From a virus: a stretch of 64,000 bases of DNA. A program made the position numbers and the translations under genes. Within the stretch, counting starts at the first letter, position 1. The number at the start of each line of letters is the position of its first letter. The notes beneath the pieces were generated by a model. It searched no databases. It worked only from the letters and a program-made list of their open reading frames with translations, and had not been told where the DNA came from. The stretch is from positions 22,763-86,762 of IMG/VR virus record IMGVR_UViG_3300029827_000001; one strand, given 5' to 3'. Positions 20,196-29,538 of the stretch are shown here, piece after piece.

Positions 20196-21284
20196 ATGAG
20201 TGATGAGAAGAAAAATGGCATCATCGAAGAACCTGCCAAGCAACCTCCACCGCCACCTCCAAAGAAAGAAGATAGTAGATTATTTGTAGGTCTAGATTGT
20301 GGGACAATGAATATATGTTGTGCTAGGAGTGATAATAATGTAGTTAAAATTACTAGAAATGTTTTTCTTCCCTTAAATGATGAGTCGATCTCAATGTCTG
20401 AACTATCGAATATCAGCTATGTCAAATCGGATGATAACGATTTATTTATTATAGGGGAAGATGCATTTAAATTTGCAAATATATTTGGTCAAGCTGTTTC
20501 AAGACCTATGGAGAAGGGACTAATTTCTCCAAAGGAGATATCTGCTATTGATGTTCTAACATTAATAATTAGAGATTTAATAGGTCCAATAAAAGGTAAA
20601 GATGTATACTGTGCATATAGTATTCCTGCTGAAGCAATTGATGAAAGTAGATCTGTTGTTTATCATACGAGAGTATTTGGAAGAATTCTCAGTGCACTTG
20701 GTATAAATCATAGACCAGTTAATGAAGGTGCAGCAATCATATATTCTGAATGTAGTCAGGAGAGGTTCTCTGGAGTTGGCATATCTTTTGGAGCTGGAAT
20801 GTGTAACGTTGCAATAATGTATAAAGGTGTAGAAGTATTAAAATTTTCAACTTCAAGAAGCGGAGACTATATTGATAATTCTGTGGCTGAGTCTCTTAGT
20901 ATAGTTCCTAATAGAGTTACCTCTTTAAAGGAAAGAAAACTAGATTTAGCTAAGGGATTTGTAGCTGAGAAAGACAAAAAAATTAGGAGAGTTTTGGAAG
21001 CAATTGAGTATTACTATAATGCTCTTATAAATTATACTATAAAGAAGATAATTAATGAATTTAATGAAAAAGTTGATATTGAAGTTGATGAAAGTTTGCC
21101 AGTCATTATATCTGGAGGAACTTCAATGCCAAACGGATTCCTGGAACTATTCAAATCTACAATATCTCAATATGAGTTGCCTTTTGGAGTAAGTGAAGTT
21201 AGACGAGCAAAAAATCCACTTACTTCAGTTGCAAACGGTTTACTAGTATTGACACTTGCAGATTTTTCCGGAACAAAAAAATAA
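20196..21284 (+). CDS. actin-superfamily ATPase, volactin-like
   Basis: Phosphate-1 VGLDCGTMNI, GEDAFKFANIF...RPM, connect PVNEGAAIIYSE, phosphate-2 GVGISFGAGMCNV, adenosine IISGGTS, PLTSVANG. Confidence 0.88.
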   Translation: MSDEKKNGIIEEPAKQPPPPPPKKEDSRLFVGLDCGTMNICCARSDNNVVKITRNVFLPLNDESISMSELSNISYVKSDDNDLFIIGEDAFKFANIFGQAVSRPMEKGLISPKEISAIDVLTLIIRDLIGPIKGKDVYCAYSIPAEAIDESRSVVYHTRVFGRILSALGINHRPVNEGAAIIYSECSQERFSGVGISFGAGMCNVAIMYKGVEVLKFSTSRSGDYIDNSVAESLSIVPNRVTSLKERKLDLAKGFVAEKDKKIRRVLEAIEYYYNALINYTIKKIINEFNEKVDIEVDESLPVIISGGTSMPNGFLELFKSTISQYELPFGVSEVRRAKNPLTSVANGLLVLTLADFSGTKK

Positions 21285-21301
21285 AATAGGAGGAGTTAAC
21301 A

Positions 21302-21706
21302 ATGAAGCCAGAGAATATGGTAGATCTTATACTAGATGGAAAGTATAATAAAGTTAAAAAGGCTGAAAAAATTACTGATAGGTTACTAGAGTTTGAAGAT
21401 GTTGAAACTACAACAGGCACTGATGTTGGAGATTCTTCTGGTCAACTATCTCCAGTTGATGATCTGAAAGATAAAAGAAAAGAAGACATCGCTGAAAAAA
21501 TCAATACGGCCTTGAAAGAAGCTGATGAACTTACTGCTGATGATTTTAAAGACTACTTTGATGACCTCAAGAAGAAGGGTCTGACTGATGAAGATAAACT
21601 AAAGGGTATGCTTAGTCGGGCAAAAGAAATTGCGAAGAAGCAAGGTAAAGAGAATGATAAGCAAGCGGTTATGGGAATTATGCAAGGTTTCATGGGTGGA
21701 AAATAA
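21302..21706 (+). CDS. acidic hypothetical protein (possible head-internal protein)
   Basis: AGGAGGAG RBS and its own GAACAAA-TAAA motif at 21271. Confidence 0.6.
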   Translation: MKPENMVDLILDGKYNKVKKAEKITDRLLEFEDVETTTGTDVGDSSGQLSPVDDLKDKRKEDIAEKINTALKEADELTADDFKDYFDDLKKKGLTDEDKLKGMLSRAKEIAKKQGKENDKQAVMGIMQGFMGGK

Positions 21707-21732
21707 TCGAATTTTCGAAAGGGGTTTGACAA

Positions 21733-22992
21733 GTGAGGAAAAGATTAAGGTACTCAGAGCAGCCCGTAGTAAAGGAGATAACGACTTCTGAACTAAAAAG
21801 GTTTGGCCTATCAGAAGATTCAGTAAGGTTGGTTGAAAGAATTGAGGAACTACGATCTGACCCTCCAAATATAATTATTGCTGAGTGTATCAAGACTGCT
21901 CACTTCATTCAAAATAAGTTTAAACAGCAAGTAGTAAGAAAGAAGAATAGATATGTAATGGGTCTCGGAGTCTATGAGCAGCTAAAATTTGAACCAAGAT
22001 TAAGATCGAAGATTCTGAAACCTGCTAATGTAAAGTTTAAAAATATATATAGACCATATACTGGTCAAGATCTTGAGGATGAAACTTTACTAGTCTGGAG
22101 AACTGGAGGGATAGGAGATCTTCTTTTCATTCAACCAAATTTAAATTATCTCAAAGAAATATATCCAACCTGTGAAATAATTCTTGGGTGTGGTCCTCAA
22201 TATCAAGCAATGGTTGAGGATTGGCCTTCCGTTGATAAGATTCTAGATCTACCATTTCCATTTCAATATTTAATTCGTTCTGATTATCACGCGGTATTTG
22301 AAGGAGTTATTGAAAGATGTAAAGAAGCACAAATTACTAATGCTTATAACTTGTTTACTAGATGGTTAGGGTTGGATTTACCAAAAGAAAAGCTCCTTCC
22401 TAAGCAAACTGTAAAAGCTGATAAAGTTGAAGAATGTAAAAGAATACTAGAAGATGAATGGAATTTGGAAGGTATAGATTTTATTATAATTCAACTAAGA
22501 GCTAGTTCTCCCGTTAGGTCTCCTCGCTTAGGTCTTTGGGGTGATATAATAAATCGTATAACAAAGAATGACCATGTAGTAATTATTACTGATGCTCCTC
22601 ATTATGCGAAGGAGATAGATTTTTTAATTGACAAGTTTATAAAAGATAAAGACCTTGTGTTTAATTTTGCTCGTCATTCGAAAAGTTTAGATTATACAAT
22701 TGCTCTCACATCTTTAGCAAAGATGGCAATATCAACTGATACTGCGTTGATGCATCTTGCTGCTGCTCTAGATGTTAAGAGTTTTGGAATATATGGACCT
22801 TTTCCTGGAGAGATTCGACTTACTACTTATCCAAAAGCTAGATGGATAAATGTTCAATTACATTGTACTCCATGCTTTTTACATGGTCATAAACCCTGTC
22901 CGAACTCAGCATTAGATGGAACCTCTAAGTGTTATGAAGAGTTGAATTTAGATGAGTTTGCTGAAAAGGTTGAGGAACTCTATAATGATTAA
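21733..22992 (+). CDS. glycosyltransferase family 9-like (heptosyltransferase fold)
   Basis: LVWRTGGIGDLLF, ISTDTALMHLAAAL, GIYGPF, CTPC...C...C. Confidence 0.85.
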   Translation: MRKRLRYSEQPVVKEITTSELKRFGLSEDSVRLVERIEELRSDPPNIIIAECIKTAHFIQNKFKQQVVRKKNRYVMGLGVYEQLKFEPRLRSKILKPANVKFKNIYRPYTGQDLEDETLLVWRTGGIGDLLFIQPNLNYLKEIYPTCEIILGCGPQYQAMVEDWPSVDKILDLPFPFQYLIRSDYHAVFEGVIERCKEAQITNAYNLFTRWLGLDLPKEKLLPKQTVKADKVEECKRILEDEWNLEGIDFIIIQLRASSPVRSPRLGLWGDIINRITKNDHVVIITDAPHYAKEIDFLIDKFIKDKDLVFNFARHSKSLDYTIALTSLAKMAISTDTALMHLAAALDVKSFGIYGPFPGEIRLTTYPKARWINVQLHCTPCFLHGHKPCPNSALDGTSKCYEELNLDEFAEKVEELYND

Positions 22993-23815
22993 AATTGCAG
23001 TTACTATACGCAATCGACTTGCGATTACAAAAAAATGTGTAGCTGCGATTAAGAAACACTCAAAAATTCCTCATCAATTATATTTATATAATAACTCTAC
23101 TAGTCATCTTATAAAAGAACATTTTGAGTATGCATATAATCTCTACAGGCAAGGTTTAGTCACTCAGGTAACTTTTAATACAGATGCTAGTACATATAAA
23201 GCATTTAGTAAAGCTTCTGCATTAAATGCTTTCGGATTAGCTCATGAACAAGATCCAAACAAAGACAAATTTTACTACTTAGTATTTCTGGATAATGACG
23301 TTATTGTAACTCCAAATTGGGATTCTACTTTATATGAAGCCTGGAAATTTGTTAATGAAAAGAAATTATCTCATATAAAAGTAGTAGGTCAACTTCCTGG
23401 AGGAATAAAAAGTAGAACACCTTTAAAGACTACTGTTGCTGGATGTAATATGGCAACAGGAAAACTGGGTGGGTCTGGTCTATGGACTGTCAGATCAAAT
23501 TTCTTTCGAGATGTTGGATTTCTTGAGATAAAAAATCTTATTGGCCATAATAAACGTCATGATCAGATGTACTGGAGTATAATGAATAGTAAGAATCATG
23601 GCAAAGATTATATTCTAGGTGTTAGGAAGAAGATTGGCTATCACTGTGGATCTTATGCTGGATCCGTATGTAATGTTTTGACAAAATCTGGTAAGAATAT
23701 AGATAAGAATGAAGCAATAAAATTTGAGTCTCAGGAGAAATTAATTGAGTCAATGACATTTGAAGAATTTTATGAGAGGATAAGCGAGGATCCAAAACTT
23801 CAACGAGGTTGGTAA
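22985..23815 (+). CDS. glycosyltransferase family 2-like (GT-A)
   Basis: IAVTIRNRLAITKKC, LYNNST, LVFLDND, FRDVGF. Confidence 0.8.
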   Translation: MIKIAVTIRNRLAITKKCVAAIKKHSKIPHQLYLYNNSTSHLIKEHFEYAYNLYRQGLVTQVTFNTDASTYKAFSKASALNAFGLAHEQDPNKDKFYYLVFLDNDVIVTPNWDSTLYEAWKFVNEKKLSHIKVVGQLPGGIKSRTPLKTTVAGCNMATGKLGGSGLWTVRSNFFRDVGFLEIKNLIGHNKRHDQMYWSIMNSKNHGKDYILGVRKKIGYHCGSYAGSVCNVLTKSGKNIDKNEAIKFESQEKLIESMTFEEFYERISEDPKLQRGW

Positions 23816-24732
23816 TGCAGGAAGCAGTCTTAATGGGTCCCTTTATTGGGGAGATGGGTTGGGAATTATTAAGGTTTGCTCCAATGCTCCCGTATATGAA
23901 GCTAAAGAAATATAAGAATCGAAATATAAAGTATATAATCTTTACGAGGCCAGAGAGGTTTGACCTATATGGTGCTTGGGCAGATACTCTAGTGCCTCTT
24001 CGTATTGAAAATGACTATTACAAATATAAACCTGAATGCTTTAGAGCAATTGGTTTTTCAGTCGAGGACTATAAAAAATTAGCCCAACAGTTTAAACTAC
24101 AATTTTCCAAAAGGTTTAAAATTGTTGAGCATATATTTCCCAACATAACTAAACCATCATACTTAAGAAAAAATCAATATCCACAAAAGTTAATGGTTTA
24201 TGATTTTCGACCAAGAAAGTCTAACCGACTTTTGGTTAGTAAATATGTTCCTAATGATAAACCGGTTATAGTTCTTGGTCCTAGATTTAGGAAAGGGTTT
24301 AAAAGAAATTGGCCACATTGGCAGAAATTTTACAATATGATTTCTATTAATAGCTGGTTAATGAATAATTTTCACTTTGTTATTTGTGGTAGAGAACCTG
24401 AGTATATCCCGGATGAGAAAGAAAGGTTTTTTGATATTAATAGTATTGAAGAAAGTGAAAGTAGTTCTCTAATTGGACTTACTCTTGAGACAATAAGGCG
24501 TTCTATATTAGTAGTTGGATCTCAATCTGCTATACCAAATATTGGAATGATTTTAAAAGTTGAAGTACTACAGTGGGGCAATGAACCAAAAGAACATACG
24601 AAAACTTATAACGTATTTAATACGAAAGTACACTTCATTACTGATAGGCAGTATCAAACAAAACCAGAAAAAGTTATCTCAGAAATGACGAAAATTCTAA
24701 AAACTAAACTTCATGAAGGAGTAAAGAAATGA
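23809..24732 (+). CDS. putative GT-B glycosyltransferase (GT9-like)
   Basis: FIGEMGWE, KRNWPHW, LVVGSQSAIPNIG; in GT cluster. Confidence 0.6.
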   Translation: MVMQEAVLMGPFIGEMGWELLRFAPMLPYMKLKKYKNRNIKYIIFTRPERFDLYGAWADTLVPLRIENDYYKYKPECFRAIGFSVEDYKKLAQQFKLQFSKRFKIVEHIFPNITKPSYLRKNQYPQKLMVYDFRPRKSNRLLVSKYVPNDKPVIVLGPRFRKGFKRNWPHWQKFYNMISINSWLMNNFHFVICGREPEYIPDEKERFFDINSIEESESSSLIGLTLETIRRSILVVGSQSAIPNIGMILKVEVLQWGNEPKEHTKTYNVFNTKVHFITDRQYQTKPEKVISEMTKILKTKLHEGVKK

Positions 24733-25010
24733 GTGAAAACGTATGGTTAATCTCGAATCGAAGAAGGGTAGATACATTAATCCGACAGTTTGAAGAGTAT
24801 CGAATGATGGGATCTTATGGAGGAAAAATAAACTTTGGTGAAGGGATCCTTTTAGTTAGAGGTCTAGTAAATGAACTTGAAAGAGTAAACAAAGAACTAG
24901 AAAAGAAAGCGGATGAAGATGTTATTAAGAAACTGAAAGCCAGAAATGAGATTTTAGAAACAGAAATCAAGCATCTAAAGCAAAAGATACAAAGTTTAAA
25001 GGGAGAATAA
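24729..25010 (+). CDS. small coiled-coil protein
   Basis: 93 aa, heptad-rich C-terminus, ATGA overlap. Confidence 0.6.
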   Translation: MSENVWLISNRRRVDTLIRQFEEYRMMGSYGGKINFGEGILLVRGLVNELERVNKELEKKADEDVIKKLKARNEILETEIKHLKQKIQSLKGE

Positions 25011-25011
25011 A

Positions 25012-25764
25012 ATGGCTCTTCCTATTGACTCAGTCTACGCGGGTACTAATGTTAAAATAGCGGACGTACAAGCAAAATATAATGACTGCCTTACTTTATT
25101 TCCTGATATTCAAAATCAACTTAATATAGTCTCAGCAAATGTAGCATCTATGTATAATGACTCAGTTGATGCAATTAGTACAGAGATAAGTGGTTTACTT
25201 GAACAGTATGGTATAAACTGTGCATCTAGAGCATACTTTGGTCAAGATGCTGATGACTTGATAACTAATAAGTATGATATATATAAGAAGATGCAGAGTG
25301 GAGATATATATGGGCCAATTACTAATACATTAGATAGTATGCTTGATGAAACTGGTCCCTTTGACTGTAGTATACCAGCAATTGAAGCTTGGGTCAGGAG
25401 TCTATTTGATGGACTATCATTTGAGACAGATAGTCGTGTGGACCTTATGAATACAGTAAAAGATTTTATAAATAGTGCACAAGAATTTTTTGACGATGTA
25501 AATCGTGCCTTAGGATTCTTAGGAGAGTGGTTGGGGTGTGGTGAGCAAATGTTTGGCAACTTTGTTGATCTTGGGCCAGCCATGGAGACATATAATACAT
25601 ATGCTAATGAAACTTTTAGTGCAGTTCAAGATGCAAAATCAATAACAGACAATCCAAAAGAAATTTATGACCGGTCAGTAGCACAAACGAAAGAAACATT
25701 AGGTTTACAAACAAGAATTGATGATCTTAAAAGTGAGGCAGATTCAATATTGACTATATTCTAG
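25012..25764 (+). CDS. acidic helical protein, possibly baseplate-associated
   Basis: 250 aa directly upstream of PAAR; function by context only. Confidence 0.5.
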   Translation: MALPIDSVYAGTNVKIADVQAKYNDCLTLFPDIQNQLNIVSANVASMYNDSVDAISTEISGLLEQYGINCASRAYFGQDADDLITNKYDIYKKMQSGDIYGPITNTLDSMLDETGPFDCSIPAIEAWVRSLFDGLSFETDSRVDLMNTVKDFINSAQEFFDDVNRALGFLGEWLGCGEQMFGNFVDLGPAMETYNTYANETFSAVQDAKSITDNPKEIYDRSVAQTKETLGLQTRIDDLKSEADSILTIF

Positions 25765-25772
25765 GAGGTAAA

Positions 25773-26075
25773 ATGCCAGCAACTGCATATCTTACGTCCA
25801 TTGGAGTTGGAACTTGTTGTTGTCATAATGATCCAAAGTGCAGATCCAAAACTGGGATGATTGTGACTGGTTCTCCAAATAAAGTTACAAATGGGTTACC
25901 AAACGCTAGACTCGGTGATTTATTCTTGGGAACTTGTGGTCATATATCTGTAATGGTAGGAGGATCACCAAATACTTTTGTGAACGGACTACCTCAGTGT
26001 AGAACTGGTGATCCTTTTTCAGGATGTATAGTTGGAGTAATTGTGACTGGTTCTCCAAACTCTATCACTAATTAG
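25773..26075 (+). CDS. PAAR-domain spike tip protein (T4 gp5.4-like)
   Basis: IVTGSPNKVTNGLPNARLGD, CGH, GSPNTFVNGLPQCRTGD, IVTGSPN. Confidence 0.9.
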   Translation: MPATAYLTSIGVGTCCCHNDPKCRSKTGMIVTGSPNKVTNGLPNARLGDLFLGTCGHISVMVGGSPNTFVNGLPQCRTGDPFSGCIVGVIVTGSPNSITN

Positions 26076-26103
26076 ACAAAAAAAGGGAGGTGGGGAACCT
26101 CCC
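26076..26103 (-). terminator. intrinsic terminator of leftward cassette
   Basis: gggaggt-gggga-acctccc stem, followed on the - strand by a T7 tract. Confidence 0.65.
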
Positions 26104-26126
26104 ATAAATCACCCCACCTGGTTGAG

Positions 26127-26498
26127 TTATGAAGATGCAGCCTCTTTTGGCCGCTTCTCTTCGAACATAATGACTTTACTCTCATCCACTTTCGGTCTGG
26201 TCTTAAATTTCCCTTCTCTTATATCTTTCTTATGCTGCTTCCACATCTCAATCTTTTCAACTCCGGTATCTAGAAGATCAGCAAAGAAGACTTGAGAATA
26301 CGAGGATCCACACTGAGGACAAGACAAGTAAGATAGAGAATTATATGCACATCTACAATTCTCACACATCTTGGCGTTTGTCCAATTAGACACTGCTTCG
26401 ATGGGAATTTCTCTCTTCTTGACATTGTCTTCATGGATAAGAGAATAAACAACTACACCTATCAGTACCCCAACTACTAATACAATTAACGTCTGCAT
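26127..26498 (-). CDS. membrane-anchored Zn-ribbon protein
   Basis: N-terminal TM; CENC...CPQCGS. Confidence 0.65.
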   Translation of the reverse strand: MQTLIVLVVGVLIGVVVYSLIHEDNVKKREIPIEAVSNWTNAKMCENCRCAYNSLSYLSCPQCGSSYSQVFFADLLDTGVEKIEMWKQHKKDIREGKFKTRPKVDESKVIMFEEKRPKEAASS

Positions 26499-26672
26499 AT
26501 CTATCAGCCCCTTTCTATTTATTTATACATTTTGGACAGAGACCAGTTTTCAAGAATTTCTTTATTTCATCCTCATTTACAAACTGGTCTATTGACACAT
26601 TTGAAAGACACATAGGACAACGTCCTTGCTTGTCTGATTGAGATATACTCCTTTTTTGTTTGTTCTTGTCGT

Positions 26673-27122
26673 TCATATTGGATACTCCCCTAAGTGTTCA
26701 AGTACCACTTGAGGATTTCCCTTCTTATTCTTCTTTTTTAGTTCTTTTAGTTCTTCCTCAAGGGGTTCAATCAACCTCTTTCTGACGTGGTTTGTCATCT
26801 CATTGAATTGGTCATAGAGATGAGGAGTTCGAGCGATTATTTCTTCTTGAAAAGCTTCAACCATCTCTAGCTGGTTTTTCATGTGGTTTATTCTTTTAGA
26901 CATCTCGGTAGACCCTTTGATGACTTCAATATTTGACTTTAGTGAGACGTTGGAGCTTTCGAGTACCAGCCTCATCTTTTTATGCATATTGGTCAGTGCA
27001 AGTATTAATATGATTAGTAATGTGAAAGAGACAACATTAAGCACTAGTTGTGTAAGCATAAAACGATGGACTGCTTTTGGTCCTGCTTCTGTAAATTTCT
27101 TATACCGTAACATCGTTAACAT
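26673..27122 (-). CDS. membrane-anchored coiled-coil protein
   Basis: Single TM, then helical; AAGGAG RBS. Confidence 0.65.
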   Translation of the reverse strand: MLTMLRYKKFTEAGPKAVHRFMLTQLVLNVVSFTLLIILILALTNMHKKMRLVLESSNVSLKSNIEVIKGSTEMSKRINHMKNQLEMVEAFQEEIIARTPHLYDQFNEMTNHVRKRLIEPLEEELKELKKKNKKGNPQVVLEHLGEYPI

Positions 27123-27135
27123 AGGTGCTCTCCTT

Positions 27136-27447
27136 TCACCTAGCTTGCTGTTTTAGTTCTTGAATCTCCTGGTTGCTTAGAGCACGTATTTGTATTACAG
27201 TAGCTGATGGTATTGCCAACCACAGACTTCTATGGAAATAGTCTCCACCTGGATCCTCCAAGTAGCAATAGACAAAGGTCTCTTCCGGAGAGACTTTAAA
27301 ATACTGAGTGTTGATGGATTGTATTGCCACCATAAACTCAGGGTCTCCAGCTCTTCTGTCTTGATTTGGCAACCAGTACTTATAGGTAATATTAAACATA
27401 AGTACCAGCATGATGATAAAACCTAAGAATTTCTTCCCCATTAGCAT
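27136..27447 (-). CDS. predicted secreted/membrane protein
   Basis: Hydrophobic N-terminus, AAGGAGG RBS. Confidence 0.6.
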   Translation of the reverse strand: MLMGKKFLGFIIMLVLMFNITYKYWLPNQDRRAGDPEFMVAIQSINTQYFKVSPEETFVYCYLEDPGGDYFHRSLWLAIPSATVIQIRALSNQEIQELKQQAR

Positions 27448-27456
27448 CCTCCTTAT

Positions 27457-27615
27457 TTATTCATATTTTGGTAGATTTTCTTTCGCATACTCTTTTGCTC
27501 TCTCAAAAAGGTCGTCAATGGATTCATGCTCCATTATATCGAAGGTTTCCATATGAGTTGCTTTGGTGGTATCAATTATTACTTCAATTCTAAATTGTCT
27601 TACTATTTCTGGCAT
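27457..27615 (-). CDS. small hypothetical protein (52 aa, below cutoff)
   Basis: MPEIVRQFRIEVIIDTTKATH...; AAGGAG RBS; fills the gap between neighbours. Confidence 0.55.
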   Translation of the reverse strand: MPEIVRQFRIEVIIDTTKATHMETFDIMEHESIDDLFERAKEYAKENLPKYE

Positions 27616-27617
27616 CT

Positions 27618-28112
27618 CTATATCTCCTTCCTTCGGAGTAATAGGAAGACAAAGTCAGTAGTTATTCTAACCTCACTTTTGTTATAACGCCAACCTCCTA
27701 TCCCTACTCCATATCCTGAAGCTTCATTGACTGTTTCACTTCCTAGGAAAAGTACCTGATGAGCACCGTCATGACTTGCAAACTTTAGAATCCGATCCAT
27801 TACGTCGTTGATGCTACATTTCTTTGGACCCGACATTCTTATAGTCAAAAATCCAATTGGTTCTAAACCTTCTGGCATTTCTTTGACCAGTTCGCTCTTA
27901 GATGTTGGTTCATACTTTCCGCTTAGATCATGTACCACAATCAGCGCACAGATCTCATCAGGTTTAACTCCAGATTTCTCAAGTCTTTTAAAAACTTCGA
28001 ATACTCCTTCTGGTGTACTTTCAAGAACTTCTGGAGATTTCTGAGTTTCAGCAAAACAAGTTGTCGAAAACAGGACTAAAACTATCAGTATGACTTGCTT
28101 AGAAAAGTTCAT
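27618..28112 (-). CDS. predicted secreted protein
   Basis: Signal peptide MNFSKQVILIVLVLFSTTCFA. Confidence 0.65.
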   Translation of the reverse strand: MNFSKQVILIVLVLFSTTCFAETQKSPEVLESTPEGVFEVFKRLEKSGVKPDEICALIVVHDLSGKYEPTSKSELVKEMPEGLEPIGFLTIRMSGPKKCSINDVMDRILKFASHDGAHQVLFLGSETVNEASGYGVGIGGWRYNKSEVRITTDFVFLLLRRKEI

Positions 28113-28135
28113 AATTTCTTTTCCTCCTTAAAGAA

Positions 28136-28411
28136 CTATTTTGATAGGAACTTTCCTTCTCTTGGTAACCTGGTCTGTTCTATAGGGAGGATTGCTATCC
28201 CCACTGCATGACCGTATGTTTTACTATTTACAATCCAGATAACCACACCCGCTTGTTGATCTATAATTCGGGTTACTATAGATTCATCATCTTTCAAATC
28301 GACGTAAAAATCTGAGATGGTTGTTGGGAGTGATGTTGTTGGTTCAGCATAACATAAACCAGTAGAAAGAAGTAAAACTACTATTAATAAAACTAAAACC
28401 TTCGTTTTCAT
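28136..28411 (-). CDS. predicted secreted protein
   Basis: Signal peptide MKTKVLVLLIVVLLLSTGLCYA after AGGAGG. Confidence 0.65.
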   Translation of the reverse strand: MKTKVLVLLIVVLLLSTGLCYAEPTTSLPTTISDFYVDLKDDESIVTRIIDQQAGVVIWIVNSKTYGHAVGIAILPIEQTRLPREGKFLSK

Positions 28412-28472
28412 AGTACCTCCTCTATCTTTGACATTCAAAATTTTAATATAAACCTATCGACTTGTTATTGGT

Positions 28473-28487
28473 AATTAATATATATAG
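28473..28487 (-). promoter_or_regulatory. class A motif CTATATATATTAATT
   Basis: Exact copy at divergent junction. Confidence 0.7.
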
Positions 28488-28542
28488 AGTAACTTATATT
28501 ATCTAAAAGAACAAATTAATAATTAAAAATGAAAGGAATAAT

Positions 28543-29538
28543 ATGAGAATTCTTTTTAACTCAGTGAATTGTGGGTTAGGTAATAATGGCGGGTCTTCAA
28601 CTATAGTACATTCTGCTAATACCCTTATTGAACTGGGGCATGACGTTAAAATTATTGATAGCATGAGAAATCAGTTTACTTGGTTTGAGCTAAAGGCAAA
28701 ACATATAGTCTTAAAAGATCTAAATGATAGTCCAGACGCAGATGTTGTAATTGCAACTGGTTATAAAACTGTTAGCTCTACCCTTAGGTTGCCAAAAAGG
28801 TGTGGGATTAAAGCACATTGGATAAGAGCATGGGAACACTGGCAAATGTCAGATGATCAGATTTTTACTAGAGTACTAAACGTTCCAACTATAAAGTTAG
28901 TTAATAGTATATGCCTACAAAGGAAACTAGAACAATATCAAATTTCTTCCCATATAGTTCGTCCTGGATATGATTTTGGAAAGTTGTATCCTCTAAACTT
29001 AAGAAATTATAATAGGGGAGAATTTGTAGTAGGAGCTTTATACCGAGAAGGAGTTCATGGACAAAGAAAAAGAACCAAATGGTCTCTTGATATTATAAAA
29101 GAACTAAAATCAAGAAAAAGAATAAAATTCTGGATGTTTGGGTCTGAACCAAAACCAAATTTTTCTTTCATTGATAACTATCTGAAATCTCCATCATTCC
29201 AGGAGAAGAATGATTTTTATAATAGAGTACATTTATGGATTGCTCCTACAATGTCTGAAGGTTTACACTTACCCCCTGCTGAAGCAATGATGACTGAATG
29301 TCCGGTTGTTGGTACCAATGCTCAAATGAGTGGTATGCAAGACTACTTAATTGATAGAGAAACTGGTAGAGTTTCTGGAGATAGTATAAGTTCCTTTAGA
29401 GAAACTATCAGAGAAGTTCTTGATGATCCTAAAAGCATGGAACAGATGGGAAAAAAAGCTAGGCTAAAAATAGCTGATCTTGGAGATAGAAAAACTAATA
29501 TGTATCTAATGGTAAACTATTTGAAGAGTTTAATATGA
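28543..29538 (+). CDS. glycosyltransferase family 4 (GT-B)
   Basis: NNGGSS...LIELGHDV, DADVVIAT, SEGLHLPPAEAMMTECPVV. Confidence 0.9.
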   Translation: MRILFNSVNCGLGNNGGSSTIVHSANTLIELGHDVKIIDSMRNQFTWFELKAKHIVLKDLNDSPDADVVIATGYKTVSSTLRLPKRCGIKAHWIRAWEHWQMSDDQIFTRVLNVPTIKLVNSICLQRKLEQYQISSHIVRPGYDFGKLYPLNLRNYNRGEFVVGALYREGVHGQRKRTKWSLDIIKELKSRKRIKFWMFGSEPKPNFSFIDNYLKSPSFQEKNDFYNRVHLWIAPTMSEGLHLPPAEAMMTECPVVGTNAQMSGMQDYLIDRETGRVSGDSISSFRETIREVLDDPKSMEQMGKKARLKIADLGDRKTNMYLMVNYLKSLI

